Below, one piece after another: positions 49,895 through 62,599 of a DNA stretch of 64,000 bases. Location of the stretch: the NCBI RefSeq assembly GCF_035084215.1, contig NW_027139581.1, positions 4,836,001-4,900,000 on the forward strand, written 5' to 3'. The stretch comes from Heptranchias perlo. Taxonomy: Eukaryota. Made by a program: the position numbers and the translations under genes. The notes beneath the pieces were generated by a model. That model was given only the letters and a program-made list of their open reading frames with translations, was not told the DNA's origin and searched no databases. Position 1 is the stretch's first letter. The number at the start of each line of letters is the position of its first letter.

Positions 49895-52800
49895 CTGACA
49901 CCGGAGAAACTGAGGGAGTCCAGAACAAGGGGCCATAACCTTAATATTAGCGCTAGGTCGTTCAGGGGTGATGCGAGGGAACATTTCTTCACACAAACGG
50001 CAGTGGGAATCTGGAACTCTCTCTCCCAAAAAGCTGGTGAGGCTGGAGGTCAATTGGAAATTTCAAAACTGAGATTAATAGTTTGTTGCTGGATTACGTG
50101 CAATCCGGAGCAAATCCACTGCACCACGGGAGACTCGGCTGAACAGCGAGCGAAAGACATGCAGTTGTTATAGGGGGTTCAATAGTCTTACTGAAATTGT
50201 ACAGGGCTTTGTTGAGACCTCACCTGGAGTATTGCGTGCAGTTTCGGTCTCCTTATCTGAGGAAGGATACACTTGCCTTAGATGCAGTGCAAAGAAGGTT
50301 CACTCGATTGATTCCTGGGATGAGAGGGTTGTCCGATGAGGAGAGATTGAGTATAATGGCCCTGTACTCTCTGGAGTTTAGAAGAATGAGAGGTGATCTC
50401 ATTGAAACATACAAGATTCTAAGGGGGCTTGACAGGGTAGATGCTGAGAGGTTGTTTCCTCTGGCTGGAACTAAGTGGCTTAGTCTCAGGATAAGGGGTC
50501 GACCATTTAAGACTGAGGTGAGGAGGAATTTCTTCACTCAGAGGGTTGTGAATCTGTGGAATTCTCTACCCCATAGGGATGTGGATGCTGAGTCGTTGAA
50601 TATATTCAAGGGTGAGATAGACAGATTTTTGGACTCTGGGGGAATTATTGTTAAAAAAAAATTGTGCTTCCGAAATCATTTGGGCTAAAGGCTGACAAAT
50701 CCCCAGGGCCTGATAATCTACATCCCAGAGTACTAAAGGAAGTGGCCCTGGAAATAGTGGATGCATTGGTGATCATCTTCCAAAATTCTATGGACTCTGG
50801 AACAGTTCCTACAGCTGGAGGGTGGCAAATGTAACCCCACTATTTCAAACAGGAGGGAGAGAAAAAACAGGTAATTACAGACCAGTTAGCCCAACATCAA
50901 TAGTGGGGAAAATGCTATCGTCTTTATGAAAGATGTGATAACAGAACACTTGGAAGTCATTAACGGGATTGGACAAAGTCAGCATGGGTTTATGAAAGGG
51001 AAATCATGCTTAACAAATCTACTGGAGTTTTTTGAGGATGTAACTAGCAGATTACATAAGGGAGAACCAGTAGATGTGGTGTATTTGGAATTTCAGAAGG
51101 CTTTTGATAGGGTCCCACACAAGAGGTTAGTGTGCAAAATTAAAGCACATGGGATTGGGGGGAATATATTGGCATGGATTGAGAATTGTTTGACAGACAG
51201 GAAACAGAGAGGAGGAATTAAGGTGTCTTTTTCCGGGTGCCAGGCAGTGACTAGTGAGGTATCGCAGGGAACAGTGCTTGGGCCCCAGCTATTCACAATA
51301 TATATCAATGATTTGGATGAGGGAACTAAATGTAACATTTCCAAGTTTGCAGACGATACAAAGCTGGGGTGGAATGAGAGCTGTAAGGAGGATGCAAAGA
51401 GTGATTTAGACAAGTTGGGTGAGTGGGCAAGAACATGGCGGATGCAGTATAACGTGGAGAAATGTGAGGTTATCCACTTTGGTTGTAAAAACAGAAAGGC
51501 AGATTATTATCTGAATGGTGACAGTTTGGGAAAAGGGGAGGTGCAACGAGACCTGGGAGTCCTTGTACACCAGTCGCTGAAAGCAACAAGCAGTTAGGAA
51601 GGCGAATGGTATGTTGGCCTTCATTGCAAGAGGATTTGAGTACTGGAGCAGGGATGTCTTACTGCAGTTATACAGAGCCTTGCTGAGACCAAATCTGGAG
51701 CACTGTCTGAAGTTTTGGTCTCCTTATTTGAGGAAGGATGTCATTGCCATGGAGGGAGTGCAACGAAGGCTTACCAGACTGATTCCTGGGATGGCAGGAC
51801 TGACGTATGAGGAGGGATTGGGACGACTAGACCTATATTCACGAGAGTTTAGAAGAATGAGAGGTGATCTCATCGAAACATATAAAATTCTAACAGGACT
51901 AGACAGGCTAGATGCAGGGAGGATGTTCCCGCTGGCTGGGGAGTCCAGAACCAGGTGTCCCAGTATCAGGATACGGGATATGCCATTTAGAACCGAGATG
52001 AGGAGAAATCTCTTCACTCAGAGGGTGGTGAACCTGTGGAATTCTCTACCACAGAAGGCAGTGGAGGCCAAGTCATTAGATGTATTCAAGAAGGAGATAG
52101 ATATATTTGTTAATGTTAAGGGGATCAAGTGATATGGGGGAAAAGCGGGAACAGGAATAGCCGAATAAGACAGGCTAACGCCTGGAGAAATGTAGCAGCA
52201 GGTGAGTTTCCGATACCTGGGACATTCGGAGCAGTTGCGGGGCAGGAGGGATCTGTTCAAGATGGAGGGGTTGCACCTCAACAGAGCTGGGAAGTTAACT
52301 ACTGCTATGGGGGAGGGTTTAAACAAATTTGGCAATAGGGTGGGCACCAGGATGAAACATTATAGAGAAGAAGCAAGGTGCACAGAGGACTGGGAGGGAG
52401 AAATAGCACTTGAGCAAAGAGTACTTCAGAAATAGAAGGGATCATACAGGGGGAAATTTAGGCAGTCTAAGATGAGCTTGGAGTACATGTGTGTAAATGC
52501 ACGTAGCGTGGTAAATAAGGTTGGTGAGCTGCAGGCTCAAGTCGCCACATGGGACTCTGATACAGAGGCAATAGCAGAGACATGGTGCAAAGATTGGGGG
52601 GAATGGGTACTTATTATTCCTGTCCACACGGTATTCAGGAAAGATAGTGAAGGATGAAAGGAGGAGTGGCAGTATTGATCAATTAAACTATTATAGCACT
52701 AGAAAGTGATGATGAAGGTGAGGGGGGGGGGGGTCAAAGACAAAATCCATTTGGTTAAACTTAAAGAACAATGGAGGAGCTATTACACTACTGGCTGTGT

Positions 52801-55800
52801 ACGATAGGCCACCAGATAATGGGAAAGAGATACAGGAACAAATTTGCAGGCAAATTACGGAAAGATGCAAGAACGATAGATTAGTGATAATGGGGGGACT
52901 TCCATTATCCCAATATAGGTTGGGACAGTAACAATGTATCGGGCAAAGAGGGGAAGGAATTCCTGAAATGTGTACAAGAGAACTTTGTTGAACAATGTGT
53001 TTCCAACCCAGCGGGGAAGGAAGCAATGCTGGATCTAGTTCTTGGAATGAAGTGGGGCAAGTGAAGCATGATTCAGTGGGGGAGCATTTGGGGAACAGTG
53101 ATCATAATATCATTAGGTTTAGAATAGTCGTGGAAAAGGACAAGGAACAATCTAATGTGAAAATATTTAACTGGAGGAGGGCTAATTTCAGTGAGTTACA
53201 AAGGGATCTTAGTCCTGGTAGATCGGAATCAAAGATTGGTTTGCAAAATAGTAATTGAACAATGGGAGGCCTTCAAGGAGGAAATGGTTCACATCCAGTC
53301 CCACGAGGGGGAAAGGAAGGGCATCCAAAGCTCGAGCTCATTTGATGACTAAAGATATAGAGATTACAATGAAACACAAAAAGGAGGCTTATGACAAATG
53401 TAAGGCACATAATACAGTTTAGGACTAAGTTGAATACAGAAAGTACAGAGGAGATTTAAAAAGGAAATAAGAGCGGCAAAGAGAATATGAGAATGGATTA
53501 GCGGCCAGCACAAAAGGGAAACCAAAAGTCTTTTATGAAGATGTAAATTGTAAAAGGGCAGTGAAAGGAAGGGTGGGACCGATTAGGGACAAAAAAAGAG
53601 ATCTTCTTGTGGAGGAAAAGGGCATGGCTGAGGTACTAAATGAATGCACCGCATTGGCCTTCACTAGAGAAAAGGATGCTGCCACTGTAACAGTAAAAGA
53701 GGAGTCAGTAGCGATATGGGATAGGATAAAAATAGATAGACGAGGTACTTAAAAGATTGGCAGTACTCAAAGTAGAAAAGTCACCCGGTCCAGATGGGAT
53801 GCAACCTCGGTCACTGAGGGAAGTAAGGGTGGAAATTACGGAGGCTGTCACCACAATTTCCAATCCTCCTCAGATATGGGGATGGTGCCGGAAGACTGGA
53901 GGATTGCAAATGTTACACCCCTGTTCAAAAAGGTAAACCCGACAGTTACAGACCAGTCAGCCTAATGTCGGTGGTGGGGAAACTTTCAGAGAGAATAATC
54001 CGGGACAAAATTAATTGGCACTTGGAAAATTGTGGGCTAGTAAATGAAAGTCAGCAGGGATTTGTTAAAGGAAAATCGTGTTTGATAACTTGATTGAGCT
54101 CTTTGATGAAGTAACGGGAAGGGTTAATGAGGGTAATGTGGTTGATGTTGTGCATATGGACTTTCAAAAGGCATTTGATAAAGTACCACATAATAGACTT
54201 GTAAGCGAAATTAAAGCCCCCGGGATTAAAGGGACAGCGGCAGCGTGGATACAAAATTGGCTAATCATAGAATGGTTCCAGCTCAGATGGAAGCCATTCG
54301 GCCCATCGTGCCCTTGCCAGCTCTTTATAAGAGCAATCCAGTTAGTCGCATTTCCCCACGCTTGCCCAGTAGCAAAGTATTTGTCCAATTCCTTTATAAA
54401 AGCCACGATTGAATCTGCTTCCACCACCCTTGCACTCCGGTCCCAAAACTGGTCCAATTGCCCCAAGACTCTGAAGCCATCCATCCTGCGCCATGTCTGT
54501 AGCCACGCATTAACCTGCCTTATCTTCCTATTTCTGCACTCACTAGCGGGTGGCACTGGGAGTAATCCAGAGATTACTACCTTTGCGGTCCTGCTTTTCA
54601 ACTTCCTCCCTGGCTCCTGAAACACTGACCGCAGGAACTCATCCCCATTTCTTTCCTATGTCGCTAAGGGACAGAAAGCAAAGAGTAGTGTTGAACGGTA
54701 GTTTTTCAGACTGGAGGGAAGTATAGAGTGGTGTTCTCCAGGAATCAGCATAAGGACCTCTGCTCTTTTTGATATACATTAATGACATGAACTTGGGTAT
54801 ACTGGGTAAAATTACAAAGTTTGCTGATGACACGAAACTCGGAAATGTAAATAATGTGAAGGATAGTAACTAACTTTAGGAGGACATAGACAAACTGGTG
54901 AAATGTGCAGAGACATGGCAGATGTAATTTAACGCAGAGAAGTATGAAGTGGTGCATTCTTTGGGAGGAAGAATGAAGAGACACTATATTAACTAAATGG
55001 TTGAATTTTAAAGGGAGTGCAGGAACAGAGAGAGCTGGAGTGTACGTACAGAAATCTTTGAAGGTGGCAGGAGAAGTTGAGAATGTTGTTAATAAACCGT
55101 ATGTGATCCTGGGCTTTTGTAATAGAGGCACAGAGTACAGAAGCAAATAATTTATGCTAAATCTTTATAAATCATTGGTTAGGTTTCAGTTGGAGTATTG
55201 TGTTCAATTCTGGGCACCACACTTGAGAAAGGATGTCAAGGCCTCAGAGAGGGTGCAGACGAGATTTACTAGAATGGCACTAGGGATGAGAGACTTCAGT
55301 TATTTGGAGACTGGAGAAGCCGGGATTGTTCTCCTTCGAACAGAGAATGTTAAGGGGAGATGTTATGGAGGTGTTCAAAACCATGAAGGGTTTTGATCAG
55401 GTAAATAAGGAGAAACTGTTTCCAGTGTCAGAAGGTTTGGTAACCAGAGGACACAGATTTAAAGTGGTTGGCAAAAGAGCCAGAGGCGACATGAGGAAAC
55501 ATTTTTTACGCAGCGAGATGTAATGATCTGAATGTTCTGCCTGAAAGGGTGGTGGAAGCAGATTCAATAGTAACTTTCAAAAGGGAATTGGTTAATACTT
55601 GAAGGGAAAAAATTGGACAGCTATCGGGAAAGAGCAGGGTAATAGGAATAATTGGATAGCACTTTCAAAGAGCTGGAATAGGTACGTTGGGCCGAATGGC
55701 CTCCTTCTGTGCTGTACCATATTATGATACTGTAATAAAGGGTATTGAGAGATATGGAACCAAGCGGGTAAATGCAGTTGAGACACAGATTAGCCACGTT

Positions 55801-55862
55801 ATAATTGAATGGCGGAACAGACTCGAGGGCCTGAATGGCCTCCTTCTGTTCCTATGTTCCTG
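49895..55862 (+). mobile_element. Stack of several CR1 LINE fragments filling the C3-C4 intron, with an antisense CR1 piece at about 54265-54660
   Basis: RT ORF 50926..51597, C-terminal ORFs 50197..50688 and 51611..52132, EN start MCVNARSVVNKV (52472), and antisense ORF1 fragment 54164..54625 (KVVISGLLPVP). Confidence 0.9.
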
Positions 55863-56234
55863 AACTGACTGTTAAAAATCCGAACTCTTTGTCCATTGTT
55901 CTTTCACTGTCCATATCCGAAGGGAGGCTATCACCCCTATGCGATCTTCGCCACATGTGGCTTTGCTCCAGGACGATGTAGTTGTCCTCTCAAATTATCT
56001 ACAAGCCACTCAGTTACATTTCTCAAACGATGGCCTTCTCAAGGCACGTAGAGGAGAGGAGAGGAGAGATGTCACCTTAAGTGACTCGTGCACAAAGCAA
56101 CAAACAGAGTTTTTAAAATTAGGCAAGGGAACGATATCTCCGAGTGCAAAGTGAATCTTCACAACCTAAAGCTGCGCTTTATTCCCTCTATGATCGCCTC
56201 TCACTTATTAATATCCAAACATTTTTTTCTGCAG

Positions 56235-56626
56235 ATCCAAATCCACATGAACCGTCTGTGTTTGTCCTCCTCCCGTTAGCAGAAGAAATCTCCGCTCAGC
56301 GGTCTATGACCCTCACCTGCTTAGTGAGAGGTTTCTCTCCCAGAGAGATCTTTGTCAAGTGGACCGTTAATAACAAGACGCTGAATTCCAGCGGCTACAA
56401 GAACACTGAGGTGATGGCGGAGAACGACAGTAGCTCCTTCTTCATGTACAGCATGTTATCCATTAAGACGGAGGATTGGACCAGCGGTGCTTCTTACTCC
56501 TGTGTGGTCGGACATGAAGCCATTCCCTTGAAGATAATGAGCAGAACGGTTAATAAATCGAGCGGTAAACCGAGTTTTGTGAACATTTCCCTTGTACTGA
56601 TGGACACCGTGAATTCTTGTCAATGA
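56235..56626 (+). CDS. IGHM: IgM C-mu4 plus secretory tailpiece ([14 protein letters not shown]...[16 protein letters not shown]...[12 protein letters not shown]...[22 protein letters not shown])
   Basis: Acceptor tctgcAG. Internal donor G|GTAAA after 56564 for the membrane form. The tailpiece has the NIS sequon and penultimate Cys; the stop is at 56624-56626. Confidence 0.97.
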
Positions 56627-56659
56627 GATTATCACATTTCCATTCCTCAATTAAAAGCA

Positions 56660-56665
56660 AATAAA
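56660..56665 (+). terminator. Poly(A) signal of the secreted mu transcript
   Basis: AATAAA 33 bp after the stop; ATTAAA also at 56650. Confidence 0.8.
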
Positions 56666-56769
56666 GACCCTTTTTCTGTTAACGAGTCAAATGTATGGGA
56701 ATTGATTTATTTTTGTTGGTCGGGAGCAGGATATGTTCCCTTTGGAGACCCAATGCGCCAACATTCCGT

Positions 56770-57160
56770 TGAAACGCAAGAACAGGAGGAGGCCATTCAG
56801 CCCCTCGAGCCTGTTCCGCCATTCATTGAGATCATGGCTGATCTGTATCCTAACTCCATCCACCCGCCTTGGCTCCAGATCCCTTAATACCCTTGGTTAG
56901 CAAAAATAAATCAGCTTTAAAATTATTAATTGAGCATCGACTGCTTTTTGTGGGAGAGAATTCCACACTTCTCCCACCCGGTGTGTGAAGAAATGTTTCC
57001 TAACGTCTCTCCCGAATGGCCTGGCTCTGATTTTAAGGTTATGTCCCCTTGTCCTAGACTCCCCCGCCAGCGGGAAAAGTTTCTCTCTATCGACCCCATC
57101 AATTCCTTTCAAAATCCTAAAAATCTCATTCAAATCACCCGTTAACCTTCGATATTCCGC
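56770..57160 (-). mobile_element. CR1 3' fragment between the secretory tail and TM1
   Basis: ORF 56897..57133: LFPLAGESRTRGHNLKIR...WNSLPQKAV. Confidence 0.88.
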
Positions 57161-58570
57161 CCTTCGAGCTTATTTACAGCACATGCTAAATGCAGACTAA
57201 AGGTGCTTCCAATACCAGACCCCTTAACCCGAACATAAGAAAACCGCTTCCAAACACAATACAATGGCTGTTTCCAATTCCCACAAAAACAATACATTGC
57301 GGCTTCTCTTCGTCATTACACCGATTTCTTCCGATTGAAGCCAGTTTTGAGCTGTTAGATGATGCCCGTTGGGAACTAGTGTGAGGCCACTCCAACTAAT
57401 TTAATAGAAGACCATTAAAACAACATTCAGTGGGTAATTTCTATCCAATAAAATGTTGCATTTCTATCTTCACTGCATTGAATCCAGGCAGTAGTGACGG
57501 AAGGGCATTGGTCGGCACAGACCATCTCTCCTGTCCTCATGAAAGAGAGACAGACACTGCCCTTCTGTTGTACACGAACCCCCGGGACCAGCGGGCGGTC
57601 AGTTTCTAAATAACAGAACCACATGGTCTGCAAATATAAACGTCGCTTTACATCAAATAAATCAACGTATTAAATAAATATTTATGAATAAAAATATCTA
57701 TTCAGGGGTATTGAGAAAACATTGCCTGACTAAACTTGAGATGAGAGGTGTGGCGTCAATAATCTAAATTACATTGACCTAGTCTTTGAGGTGATAACGA
57801 TTGCACCCACACTTTGTCCCTGAAACAGAGCACATTAGAAACCGCTGGAGATCAATATTCCAGAGCAGGTGGTCGTTCATTGTCACAGGCCGTGCCCACA
57901 GCTGTCAGAATTTCTGACAGCCGTGAAAAGCCACGTTCATATCCTGAAGTGGGAAAACTAACTAATCTCACTGAACTGATCGTTGAAAATATACTAAATG
58001 GACCGATTTTCTAAAACCCAGTTCTTGGTATTCTGAGAAACTTTGATACCATAACATCTTCCTGCTCCCTATACATGCACTGAAGCAATGATCTCAGTTG
58101 GAAACTGATACAGATAGATAATGTTCAAAGTATTTCCATCACAAATAAACGACCAAGATTGGAACTAACATCCGATCTCTTACCCAGCACCATGCCAGCC
58201 GTCAAATAGGAGATATCGAAACCTATCGATAAAATAATCGACATAAATCACTGAACATCCCTCGATATCTCACCATAATATCCCCGAATGATCGATCTAC
58301 GAAATCGATTGAAAATACATTAGTGTCTGACAATTAAGAAAAAAAATCACCTTTACCAACACGGAATGTATGAGGATCATAAAGGAAGCGAGGCTGTGAA
58401 GTTAGGAACAGAGACAGATTACTGAGCGGGATTAACTGAACAAAAGATACACCTTGGAAATTAAATTAGAGACCAAAATAATACAGTGAGGAAAGAAAGA
58501 AACAAATAATAATAATATATCCTGGTTTAATAAACGATCTGAATATATTTCCTCCTCTCCATCCCCGTAG

Positions 58571-58698
58571 ATTCCATAAACCAGGTCTGGGTCGAAGACT
58601 ATGAGGAAGAGAGCGGCAACATCTGGACAACCGCTTCCACATTCATCATTCTGTTCTTCCTGAGCATTTTCTACAGCGCTGTCGTCACTCTGGTGAAG
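58571..58698 (+). CDS. IGHM: IgM TM1 exon (DSINQVWVEDYEEESGNIWTTASTFIILFFLSIFYSAVVTLVK)
   Basis: Acceptor cccgtAG and donor GTGAG. Acidic spacer plus conserved antigen-receptor TM motif (WTTASTF..LF.LS.FYS). In frame with the C4 internal donor. Not in the ORF track. Confidence 0.96.
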
Positions 58699-58837
58699 GT
58701 GAGAAGATTCAATCCAGTGACACTTTGATCTGAATGAAGCGGTTTGAAAAGCCTCTAAAAGTTTCATTCATAAAAACCCTGAGATAAATGCACGGACCAC
58801 TAAATATCTGCTTCATTCTTTTATCCCTCTTTTACAG

Positions 58838-58846
58838 GTAAAGTGA
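58838..58846 (+). CDS. IGHM: IgM TM2 exon (VK*)
   Basis: Polypyrimidine tract and ttacAG, then GTA AAG TGA, giving the canonical KVK cytoplasmic tail. Confidence 0.92.
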   Translation, partial: VK

Positions 58847-59274
58847 TCGGTTGAATTTCGGATTTTGCACATCTGTTTATTAACATCTCAAAGTGAAACG
58901 CCGTCAGTTAATATATCGACATCTATAGCTGAGAAAAACATCAACGGGATTTCCGTCTTTCTGATTGAAATGTTTATTAATGTGTGAGATAACCATCGCT
59001 ATAATGTAAATGATTCTTAGAGTTTGAGTCCCCTTTCACCTTTGTTTTAATAATTCATGTGTAAATAAATATTTTTTCTCATTTCTTATCCACAATTGTT
59101 TCCTTCCCTTTATGTTGAGCCTCTGTTTTCCTTCTCTGCTGTCTGTTGCAGTTGTGCAGACAGCTGGCAGCTCAGACCGGCTCTGTTCTATTCTCAATGT
59201 GACACTGAGTTGTTACATTCAGTTCGTGTTAACTTTTTAAAACTTCTTTGTAAATTGTAAACTTTTAAATTGTT

Positions 59275-59280
59275 AATAAA
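59275..59280 (+). terminator. Candidate poly(A) signal of the membrane mu transcript (alternative AATAAA at 59064-59069)
   Basis: AATAAA hexamers downstream of TM2. Confidence 0.55.
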
Positions 59281-59445
59281 TCTTGAATGACAAATGGACT
59301 AATTTGGACTTTGCTGAATTTCTTTCTCCAAGATTAAGCCACATTGTTACATTTTGCCGATATCAATTCTTTTTCCCTGACAGATATTTTGCATCCGTCC
59401 TGTTTCGGTTGTGTTTGAACCCAGGACCCTTCAGTTAAGGACCCA

Positions 59446-59463
59446 CTGCGCCACCTAGTGTCC
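59446..59463 (-). promoter_or_regulatory. CTCF-like binding motif 3' of the cluster
   Basis: Minus strand GGACACTAGGTGGCGCAG matches the CTCF core CCASYAGRKGGCRS at 13/14 positions. Confidence 0.65.
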
Positions 59464-59594
59464 CATCAGAGAAAAGCGACCTCTATCTTTTCATGTCAAG
59501 CTCCAGAGGCGAAATGACTGTGCAGTCACCAGGCGCACCTCGCAGTCTCCTCTCACGTTATGGTCCGCCGCAGTCACATGCTAAATTCTGTTAA

Positions 59595-60270
59595 CAATAC
59601 AAACAACAACATCTTGCATTTATATGGCGCCTTTAACGCAATAAAACGCCACAAGGCGCTTCACAGAAGCGATTATCAAACACAACTTGACACCAAGACA
59701 CATAAGGAGATATCAGGACAGGTGACCAAAAGCTTAATCAAAGAGGAAGGTTTTAAGGAGCATCTTAAAGGAGGAGAGAGAGATAGAGACGCAGAGAGGT
59801 TTAGGGAGAGAACTCCACAGTGTAGGGCGTAGACAGCCGAAGGTACGGCCGCCAATGGTGGAGCGATTAAAATCGGGGATGCGCAAGAGGAACAGAGATC
59901 CCAGGAGATTTTCGGGCTGGAGGAAGTTACAAACAAAGGGAGGGGTGAGGCCATAGAAGCATTGTTGGATTGGGAGCCAATGTGGGTCAGCGAGTACAGG
60001 GGTGATGGGTGAACGGGACTTGGTGCGAGATAGGTTATGGGCAACAAAGTTTTGGATGAGCTCAAGTTTACAGAGGGTGCAACGTGCGAGATAATCCAGG
60101 AGATCAATGGAATAGTTGAGTCTATTGGTAACAAAGACATGGTTAGCTGAGGCAAGGGCGGAGACGGGCGATGTGACGGAAGTGGAAGTAGGCGGTCTTG
60201 GTGATGAAGACGACATGAGGTTGGAAGCTCAGCTGAGGGTCAAATCGGGCGCCAAGTTTGCGAACAGTCA
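59595..60270 (-). mobile_element. L2 LINE 3' fragment
   Basis: Reverse-complement homologue of 45450-46195 (RLNYS..KLELIQN..HWLPI). Confidence 0.85.
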
Positions 60271-61144
60271 GCTGTTTAATGTGGTCAATGCACCACAAAT
60301 AATTAGAACCCGAACGACAAATGATACACAATATTAGCAGATTTTTCTGTTACTGTGGCAACAAAGGGGTTTTTAATCCTCCAATAATTACTTCCACGTG
60401 ATTCTGATATGACTAGTTATTAACCTTTATCGCTGTTTACAAGCTATTTGTTCCTCTGAGGAATGCGGAGGTCTTTGGTTACCACATCTCTTGAGATGCT
60501 GAACCATGCCCCCCTCAACATCACCCTCTTGCTAAATGTCTCGGGCATTATGCGAGCTATGCGAGGTGGGACACTTAACTAGTTTTAAACCATATTCTTA
60601 AAGTCCCTCCTCTTGAACCTGAGTGAAACCACTCTGGTTCAATTTTCACTTTAACCCTCAACTTTCTCCTTGGCTGCCTAAGATCATCCTGAGTTTATAT
60701 TTTATCATCATCAGATTTACATAAGCACAGAAAGACATGTACATATTGCTCCAAGTTTCATTTGGTTAATATTATACATTATGATATAGACAAAGAAAAT
60801 CATAATACCCTGTACAGGAAACTAAGGTGTGCCATATTATCAAGAAGTCATGGACTTTAAAGATTCTCCAGTTATCCTGTTGCTAATATCCACCTTATGG
60901 ATAATTTTTTGCTGAGTATTATTTCCCCCCAGCCCAATTTAATTTTTAACTCAAAGGAACCTAACCCTGCACATTGAAAATCCAAATATCTATGCCCCTC
61001 TTTACTTTAATTTCAACCCCCTGTTATGTTCCAGTGTTACCCCATTATTTTATCACTTCATCTCATTCATCGGCTTTGGAGGAATTTCAATGTCCAATAC
61101 AATATTTACAGTCTGCTCCAATATCTCAATACATTTTATTGTTT

Positions 61145-62590
61145 ATAGAAGCATTGAAAATTTATGGCACAGAAGGAGGCCATTCGGCCTTTCCTGTCTG
61201 CGCTGGCTGAGAACCGAGACACCCGGCCTAATCCCACTTTCCCGCATTTGGTCCGCAGCTCTGCAGGTGCACATCCAGGTATTGTTGAAATGAGTTAAGG
61301 GTTTCTGCCTCAAACAACTCTTTCAGGTAGTGAGTTCGAGACCCCCACCAACCTCTGGGTGAATTTTTTTTCCTCATTTCCGCTCTAATCCTAAAAGTAA
61401 TACCAATCACTTTAAATCTATGCTCCTTGCTTATTGACGCCTCCGCTGAGGGAAATAGGTCCTTCCTATCCACTCTTTCTCGGCCCCTCATAATTTTGTA
61501 CACCTCAATCAAATCAACCCTCAGCGTCCTCTGTTCCAAGGAAAACAACCCCAGCCTGTCCAATCTGTCATCAGAGCTAAAATTCTCCAATCCTGGCAAC
61601 ATCCTACTAAATCTCCTCTGCACCCTCTCTAGTGCAATTCCATCCTTCCTGTAATTTGGTGACCAGAACTGTGCGCAGTACTCAAGCTGTGGCCTAACTA
61701 GTGTTTTATACAGTTCTACCATAACATCCATGATTTTGCATTCTATGCCTCGGCTAATAAAGGTAAGCATTCCGTATGTCTTTTTAACCACTATATCCAC
61801 CTGTCCTGCCACCTTCAGAGATCTGTGGACATGCACTCCAAGGTCCCTCAATTCCTCTGCACCTCTCAGTATCATCCTATTTATTGTGTACTCCCTTGCC
61901 TTGTTTGCCCTTTCCAAATGCATTACCTCACAATTCTCCGGATTGAATTCTATTTGCCACTTTTCTGCCCATCTGACCATCCATTGATATCTTCCTGCAG
62001 TCTATAGCTTTCTTCCTCACTGTCAACCGCACGGCTTATCTTTGTGTCATCCGCAAATTTCTTAATCATGCCCCCTACGTTTAAGCCCAAATCGTTAATG
62101 TAAACCAGAAAAAGCAAAGAGCCTAATACAGGAGCCCTGCGGCACCCCACTGGAAAAAGCCTTCCAGTCACAAAAACACCCGTCGACGTTAACCCTTTCC
62201 TCCCTGCAACTGAGCCAATTTTGGATCCAATTTGCCACATTCCCTTGGAACCCATGGGCCTTTACTTTTTTGACCAATCTTCCATGTGGGACCTTGTCAA
62301 TAGCCTTGCTAAAATCCATGTAGACTACATCAATTGCGCTACCCTCATCGATCCTCCCTGTCACCTCCTCGAAAAATTCATTCAAGTCAGTCAGACGCAA
62401 CCTCCCCTTAACAAATCCGTGCTGACTGTCCTTGATTAGTCCGTGCCTTTTAAATGACAGTTTATCCTGTCCTTCAGAATTGATTCCGATAATTTGCCCA
62501 CCACCGAGGTGAGAATGACTGGCCTATCTTTCGGTCCCTTTTCAAACAACAGTGCAACATTAGCAGTCCTCCAATCCTCTGGCAATATGG
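61145..62590 (-). mobile_element. CR1 LINE, 5'-truncated
   Basis: ORFs 62095..62400 (MDFSKAIDKVPH), 61950..62255 (KFADDTKI) and 61228..61980. Confidence 0.93.
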
Positions 62591-62599
62591 TTGTATCCA

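Noticed and set aside
38535-58846. IgNAR, IgM1gj or full IgW assignment for the locus
   Set aside because: The V has full FR2/CDR2 with GLEW, J has WGQG and C1 has the L-chain Cys, so it is not a VNAR. Segments are unjoined and C2 is present, so it is not IgM1gj. Four C exons with mu-type tail and TM argue against an IgW constant region.
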